Program-made: the position numbers and the translations under genes
Shown here: positions 58,951 to 64,000 of the stretch, in pieces
Position numbering within the stretch: the stretch's first letter is position 1
Layout: every line of letters starts with the position of its first letter
The notes under the pieces: model-generated
What the model saw: only the letters and a program-made list of their open reading frames with translations
What the model was told of the DNA's origin: nothing
Database searches by the model: none
NCBI GenBank assembly: GCA_963668175.1
Contig: OY764159.1
Coordinates: forward strand, 3,040,001-3,104,000
DNA length: 64,000 bases
Direction of reading: 5' to 3'
From: Syntrophales bacterium
GTDB lineage: Bacteria > Desulfobacterota > Syntrophia > Syntrophales > PHBD01

Positions 58951-61167
58951 ATGTTCGCACGATGGGGTTGGATATTGATGCTGTTTATGATGGCTTCCCC
59001 GGCATTCGGGGTTGAGAGGGCGGCGGCCAAGACGGAGGGGAAGGACGGAACCAGGATGGAAGAAATCGTCGTCACGGCGACCAGGACGGAAAAGGAACTG
59101 GACACCGCTCCCGGCAGCGTGAACGTCGTGACGAAAAAGGACATTGAAAAGAGGGGAATGCAGACGCCGGACAGCGCCCTGAATACGGTCCCCGGCGTCT
59201 TCAATAGGCGGCAGTCGCTCGCGGATACGCTGTCGAGCATCTCGCTCCACGGCATCCCCGAGCAGAAACGGACCCTGATCATGAAGGACGGCATTGGGAT
59301 CAACAACGCCTACGACGGCGGCGTGGTCTATACGGGCCTGCCCCTGGAAGACGTGGAACGGATCGAGGTCGTGCAGGGCCCGTTTTCCAGCTTGTACGGC
59401 GGTTACGCCATGGGAGGCGTCGTGAATATCGTCACCCGCATGCCGGAAAAGCGGGAAATCGTCGCCAAGGCCGGTTACGGTTCAAGCTGGCACCGGGGGG
59501 AAGCGCCGGACGATCTCCAGAGATACTATGTCTCCTACGGCGACAGGTTCATGGACAAGTGGAGCATCCTGGCAAGCTACGGCTACCGCGGCACCAACGG
59601 CTATTCGAAGGATATCAACGTCCAGTCGTCGAAGCCCACTGCCGGCATCGCCGGCTGGTCTTACACCGGCACGACCGCCGGCGACACCCGTTACGCCATC
59701 GGCGACAAGGGAGACAACGCCTTCTGGGACGACAACCTGAACCTCAAGACACGCTTCGACTTCTCGAAGGCGACGAAGCTGGACCTCTCCTTCATGCGGA
59801 CCCGCTACAAATACAGCTACGACGAACCCCATACGAACCTCAGGAACGCCGCCGGCAATCCCGTCTACGCCTACGGCACGGTTCGGGAGAACAGTTTTCT
59901 CAGCGGCTTCGGCGGCAAGGAGATCAACCGCTACAACGTCGGCTACGAAACGGAATTCGGCCCGGTGAAGACAAAGTTCACCGCCGGTCTGAACGACGAG
60001 GAGAAATCGTGGTACACGACGCCCAACAGCAGCGCCCCCTACGCCACGATCAACGACGGCCCCGGCAAGGTCTCCACAAGCCCCAACCAGAATTACAATG
60101 CCGACCTCCAGTTTACCTTCCCCGTCTTCGGCCGGCAGGTCGTCACGGTGGGAGGGTCCGTGAAGACAAACACCGTCAAGGTCGAGGAGTTCAGCATCAA
60201 CAACTGGAAGAACGAGGACTCCCGGACCGCCCTCACCTACAATGCCGGAGGCAAGGACCGGACCTACGCGGTCTTCCTCCAGGACGAGATCATGATCCTC
60301 CAGAACCTCACCGCCTATGCCGGGTTCCGGGAGGATTTCTGGGAGACCTACGACGGCTACGCCAACCAGTCGGACTCGCCCGGCTACCCGAAGGCGTACG
60401 ATTCGAGAAGCGCGTCGTCGTTCAGTCCGAAGCTGTCCCTCGTCTACAAGCCCCTGGAGAAGACGACCCTTCGAGCATCGGCGGGCCAGGCCTTCCGGGC
60501 GCCGTCCGTCTACGAGCTTTACCGGACTTGGACCTCGACCACAGGCGTCACCTACAACGGCAACCCGGACCTGCAGCCGGAAACGGTGCGGTCGTGGGAC
60601 GCCGCCGTGTCGCAGGGCCTCTGGAAAGGGGCGAAGGTCGGCGCCACTTACTTCGAAAACTATCTCTATGACCTGATTTACCGGAAGACGACATCGGCCA
60701 CGCAATCGGACTACATCAACGCCGGCCGGGCCAAGAGCAAGGGCGTCGTCCTGGAAGCCGAACAACGCTTCGACAAATGGCTCAAGCTTTTTGCCAACTA
60801 CACCTATACGGACGCACGGATCAACGAGAATACGGCGAGCCCCGCCTCGGAGGGAAAAAGGATGACCTTCATGCCCGACCATCTGCTGAACGTCGGAGCG
60901 GAATTCGAAGCGGGCCCCGTATCGGCGTCCGTCACGGGCCGGTACGTCGGCAAGCGTTACGGCAACGACACGAACAGCGACCAGGTGAATGGCGTCTACA
61001 CATCCTACGACCCCTTCTTCACCGCCGATGCCAAGGTGTCCTGCAAGATCATGAAGTTCGCCACGGTATCCGTCTCCATGGAAAACATCCTGGGCGAATC
61101 CCATTTCGAATATTACCAGGCCCCCGGCAGGTCGGTCTTCGCCGAAGTGGAATGGAGGTATTTTTGA
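58951..61167 (+). CDS. TonB-dependent outer-membrane receptor
   Basis: EEIVVTATRT TonB box, VERIEVVQGPFSSLYG, GNPDLQPE, C-terminal PGR..F; AAGGAG RBS. Confidence 0.95.
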   Translation: MFARWGWILMLFMMASPAFGVERAAAKTEGKDGTRMEEIVVTATRTEKELDTAPGSVNVVTKKDIEKRGMQTPDSALNTVPGVFNRRQSLADTLSSISLHGIPEQKRTLIMKDGIGINNAYDGGVVYTGLPLEDVERIEVVQGPFSSLYGGYAMGGVVNIVTRMPEKREIVAKAGYGSSWHRGEAPDDLQRYYVSYGDRFMDKWSILASYGYRGTNGYSKDINVQSSKPTAGIAGWSYTGTTAGDTRYAIGDKGDNAFWDDNLNLKTRFDFSKATKLDLSFMRTRYKYSYDEPHTNLRNAAGNPVYAYGTVRENSFLSGFGGKEINRYNVGYETEFGPVKTKFTAGLNDEEKSWYTTPNSSAPYATINDGPGKVSTSPNQNYNADLQFTFPVFGRQVVTVGGSVKTNTVKVEEFSINNWKNEDSRTALTYNAGGKDRTYAVFLQDEIMILQNLTAYAGFREDFWETYDGYANQSDSPGYPKAYDSRSASSFSPKLSLVYKPLEKTTLRASAGQAFRAPSVYELYRTWTSTTGVTYNGNPDLQPETVRSWDAAVSQGLWKGAKVGATYFENYLYDLIYRKTTSATQSDYINAGRAKSKGVVLEAEQRFDKWLKLFANYTYTDARINENTASPASEGKRMTFMPDHLLNVGAEFEAGPVSASVTGRYVGKRYGNDTNSDQVNGVYTSYDPFFTADAKVSCKIMKFATVSVSMENILGESHFEYYQAPGRSVFAEVEWRYF

Positions 61168-61214
61168 AGCCCGGAGATGTTTGGAATGATCCATTCAGCA
61201 GGAAGGTGCTTGAC

Positions 61215-62579
61215 ATGATTATCTTCGATTCCTTCAGCTTTACCTATCCCGGCATGGACACGCCTGCCTTGCGGGACATCAGTCTCCGGATTGAAGAAGG
61301 TGAGATGGTGTTGTTGCGCGGCCCTTCGGGATCGGGAAAATCGACCCTGCTTTACGCTTTAAACGGCTTGATTCCCCATGTGTTTGCCGGAAAGACCCAC
61401 GGAGACGTCCTGGTGAACGGGCTGAACCCGTCCGGCGTACCTGTACGGGAGATGGCGCGCGTTGTGGGAACGGTCTTCCAGAATCCGGAAAGCCAGATAT
61501 TTATGATGCGCGTGGCAGACGACGTCGCCTTCGGCTGCGAAAACCTGCTTATGCCTCGTGAAGAGATTATCAGCCGCCGCGACATGGCCCTCCGCGCCAT
61601 GGACCTGTGGCATCTGCGGCATCGGGAAACAGCCAGGCTTTCCGGAGGACAGAAACAGCGCCTGGCTGTCAGTTCGATTTATGCCATGGGGCCGGGCGTT
61701 TTCCTGTTCGACGAACCCTCCACAGACCTGGACGACGCGGGAAGGCTGGACTTTAAAAGGATTATCGCAAGACTGAAGGAAGAAAAGAAGACCGTCATCC
61801 TGGCGGAGCATCAGTACGAAGATTTCCTGCCACTCATGGACCGCGTGATAACCTTCGCCGGAGGCGCTATCGCCGGTGAAAGTGACCTCAACGGCGCCTC
61901 CGCCGACGCATCGGGAAGAACCGCAACTTACAGTGGCCTTGCGATATCCTTGCAGGGTATCCATTGCGGCTATGAGCCGGGCAAATCCGTACTCTGCGAC
62001 ATCCATTTGACCGTCGGGCGGGGCGAATTCGTGGCGCTCTGCGGCGCCAACGGGTCCGGCAAGACGACGATCCTGAAAGTCATGGGGGGACTGCTCAGGC
62101 CCAACAAGGGGACAATGACGATTCTTGATGTCCGCCGACCAACCGTCGATGCCCTGGTGGGACGCGTGGGCTTTCTCTTCCAGAATCCCGACGAGCAACT
62201 CTTCTCCCGCACGGTCGCGGAAGAAATTGCCTTCGGACCTTCCCAACTGGGAAAGAGGGCTGACGTGGAGCGCTATCTGGAAATCGGCGGACTGAAACAT
62301 CTCAGACACCGCCATCCGCAAACGTTGTCGCGCGGACAGAGGCAAATCCTGGCGGCGTTATCCGTCATGGCGATGGAGCCGGACCTGTTGCTCCTCGACG
62401 AGCCGACCACGGGCCTCGACGGCGAAAGCTGGAAACGTCTTTTATCGCTTCTCCGCAATTACGCCGACACCGGGAAAACGGTCGTCTTCTCGACGCATAA
62501 CAAAACAGCGGCAGCAGCAGCGCTGCGCAGGATAACGATGCACGAAGGGAGAATCATAGGCGATGAAGTATCTCGATAA
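61215..62579 (+). CDS. ECF transporter fused double ATPase (EcfAA')
   Basis: Two Walker A motifs (GPSGSGKST, GANGSGKTT), FQNPE/FQNPD, LSGGQ/LSRGQ. Confidence 0.92.
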   Translation: MIIFDSFSFTYPGMDTPALRDISLRIEEGEMVLLRGPSGSGKSTLLYALNGLIPHVFAGKTHGDVLVNGLNPSGVPVREMARVVGTVFQNPESQIFMMRVADDVAFGCENLLMPREEIISRRDMALRAMDLWHLRHRETARLSGGQKQRLAVSSIYAMGPGVFLFDEPSTDLDDAGRLDFKRIIARLKEEKKTVILAEHQYEDFLPLMDRVITFAGGAIAGESDLNGASADASGRTATYSGLAISLQGIHCGYEPGKSVLCDIHLTVGRGEFVALCGANGSGKTTILKVMGGLLRPNKGTMTILDVRRPTVDALVGRVGFLFQNPDEQLFSRTVAEEIAFGPSQLGKRADVERYLEIGGLKHLRHRHPQTLSRGQRQILAALSVMAMEPDLLLLDEPTTGLDGESWKRLLSLLRNYADTGKTVVFSTHNKTAAAAALRRITMHEGRIIGDEVSR

Positions 62580-63354
62580 CGACACCTTCATTCACCGACT
62601 GGACCCGAGGACCAAGATCGTCCTGGGCCTTCTGGGGGCCGTGTCTCTCGTCACGCTGAAGACGCCGCTGAGCCTTGCGCTCCTTTTCCTGTGCGTTTTG
62701 GTCTTTTTCGCCGTTGTCCGCCCGCCCCGCAAAACGATATGGACCACAGCTATGATTATGGCCACGGCACTCTGTTTCACCATGATATCTCAAGGATTCT
62801 TTTACGGGCTCCATCCCCGGACCGCAATCCTGACGCTGGTGCCGCCGGACGCAGGGATCGCCGGCCGCATTACGGGAGGCATCGTTCTGTATCGGGAAGG
62901 CCTGGTCTACGGGGCGCTTCAGAGTCTCAGGCTCTTTTCCGCCATGCTTTTGAGCTCCATTATCGTCATGTCCACCTACCCTTCCGATCTTCTGCTCGGG
63001 ATGGAAGAACTCGGCGTTCCGGAAAAAATCGGATTTGTCGTCGCCGTCAGCATCCGCTTTCTCCCGACCCTCATCGAGGAGGCGGGACGCATCCTTCTGG
63101 CTCAGAAACTCAGGGGTGTTCATGCAAAAGGTGTCCGGGGCGGCTTCAGGGCCTTCCGCCATTTATTGCCGCCGCTTGTCATCGACAGCCTGAGGAATGC
63201 CCGCCGAACTGCCATCGCCGCTGAAATCCGCGCTTTTACGGGCAAGAGGACCAAGGTCACGGCGTTGAAGTTCACGCGAAACGACTGGCTGTTTCTCGCT
63301 TTTTCCATCGCCGGCATATTGATATTGATCTTCGGTCAGGAATTACAGTCATGA
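62563..63354 (+). CDS. ecfT: ECF transporter transmembrane T component (CbiQ/EcfT)
   Basis: HRLDPRTK, IRFLPTL, AQKLRG, AEIRAF. Confidence 0.92.
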   Translation: MKYLDNDTFIHRLDPRTKIVLGLLGAVSLVTLKTPLSLALLFLCVLVFFAVVRPPRKTIWTTAMIMATALCFTMISQGFFYGLHPRTAILTLVPPDAGIAGRITGGIVLYREGLVYGALQSLRLFSAMLLSSIIVMSTYPSDLLLGMEELGVPEKIGFVVAVSIRFLPTLIEEAGRILLAQKLRGVHAKGVRGGFRAFRHLLPPLVIDSLRNARRTAIAAEIRAFTGKRTKVTALKFTRNDWLFLAFSIAGILILIFGQELQS

Positions 63355-63971
63355 ATCTCTACATCGGCTCCGTCATCTTCATCGCCCTTCTGGGGGCCGC
63401 CGCGTTCCATCTCATGAAGACGCGCAAGGCGATTCCTGCCTTCAGCATCCAGGACCTGGTCATTGCTGCGCTTTTTTGCAGCCTCCTTTATATAGCCATT
63501 CTGCCGTTCAAATTCGGCCTGAGCCGCATACCCTTCGTCCAGTCCTTTTTCTTTTCCATACCGTACACGGCCGTCCTGTTCATAGGCATCCGTCTCATTC
63601 CCCGGCCGGGAACCGCCACGCTCATCATCTGCGGCCATACCCTCCTGTCCCAGACGATTTCCAGCGGCATCAATCCGCTCTGGTGGCCCTACGCTCTCCT
63701 GCCGAGCTGCATCCTGGAACTCTATTTCCTCGCGACGGGGAATTATCTGGAAACTGTGGGCAATGCCCTGGGGGCCGGCTTCCTGCGCGGCTTGACCGTT
63801 TACATCTATTTCTATTGCTTTTCCGCCCCCTTCATCTGGCACCAGTTTTATGCGCCCTGGTACATCGCCGTCCAGACGGTGCAGGGTACAGCAGGTTCCA
63901 TGATAGGGGCCCTGCTCGGCGTGTATCTGGGCAAACCGATCATCAGCGCCTCCCGTTACGGGGGAATCTAA
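63351..63971 (+). CDS. Putative ECF S component (MptD/Trep_Strep-like)
   Basis: 6-7 TM; FSIQDLVIAALF, IPRPG; overlaps the ecfT stop. Confidence 0.7.
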   Translation: MNLYIGSVIFIALLGAAAFHLMKTRKAIPAFSIQDLVIAALFCSLLYIAILPFKFGLSRIPFVQSFFFSIPYTAVLFIGIRLIPRPGTATLIICGHTLLSQTISSGINPLWWPYALLPSCILELYFLATGNYLETVGNALGAGFLRGLTVYIYFYCFSAPFIWHQFYAPWYIAVQTVQGTAGSMIGALLGVYLGKPIISASRYGGI

Positions 63972-64000
63972 GGAAGGATACGTCATGGCATTCTACAAAG

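Overview
GC-rich bacterial chromosomal window with about 50 CDS and no rRNA, tRNA, CRISPR, transposase or integrase. The gene content (DUF362, DUF169, DUF6599, Tat-exported Mo enzyme, PEP-CTERM, several sigma-54 promoters) suggests an anaerobic deltaproteobacterium (Desulfobacterota, perhaps Syntrophales-like); this placement is inference. Main blocks: a sugar-acid catabolic cluster, mdtABC plus outer-membrane factor, MarR plus a cytoplasmic Mo-bisPGD enzyme, htpG, a PHA-synthase-like gene, ModE plus a Tat-exported Mo-bisPGD enzyme/Fe-S subunit/TorD, a PAS-GAF kinase, Spy/CpxP, DUF2892-TolC-MFP-RND, modA, a PEP-CTERM gene and a TonB/TonB-dependent receptor/ECF operon. The most interesting signals are non-coding: (1) a shared sigma-54 promoter plus TGGATA-N5-TATCCA enhancer architecture at mdtABC and spy/cpxP; (2) a TATGTC-N6-GACATA box shared by modA and an unusual Arr/Psr-like molybdoenzyme, next to a ModE lacking its sensor domains; (3) a NikR-like box over the promoter of the receptor+ECF importer; (4) a ~90-nt sRNA candidate with anti-SD motifs; (5) PhaR-like boxes upstream of an atypical PhaC-like protein. 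All family assignments come from reading motifs by eye; no searches were run.
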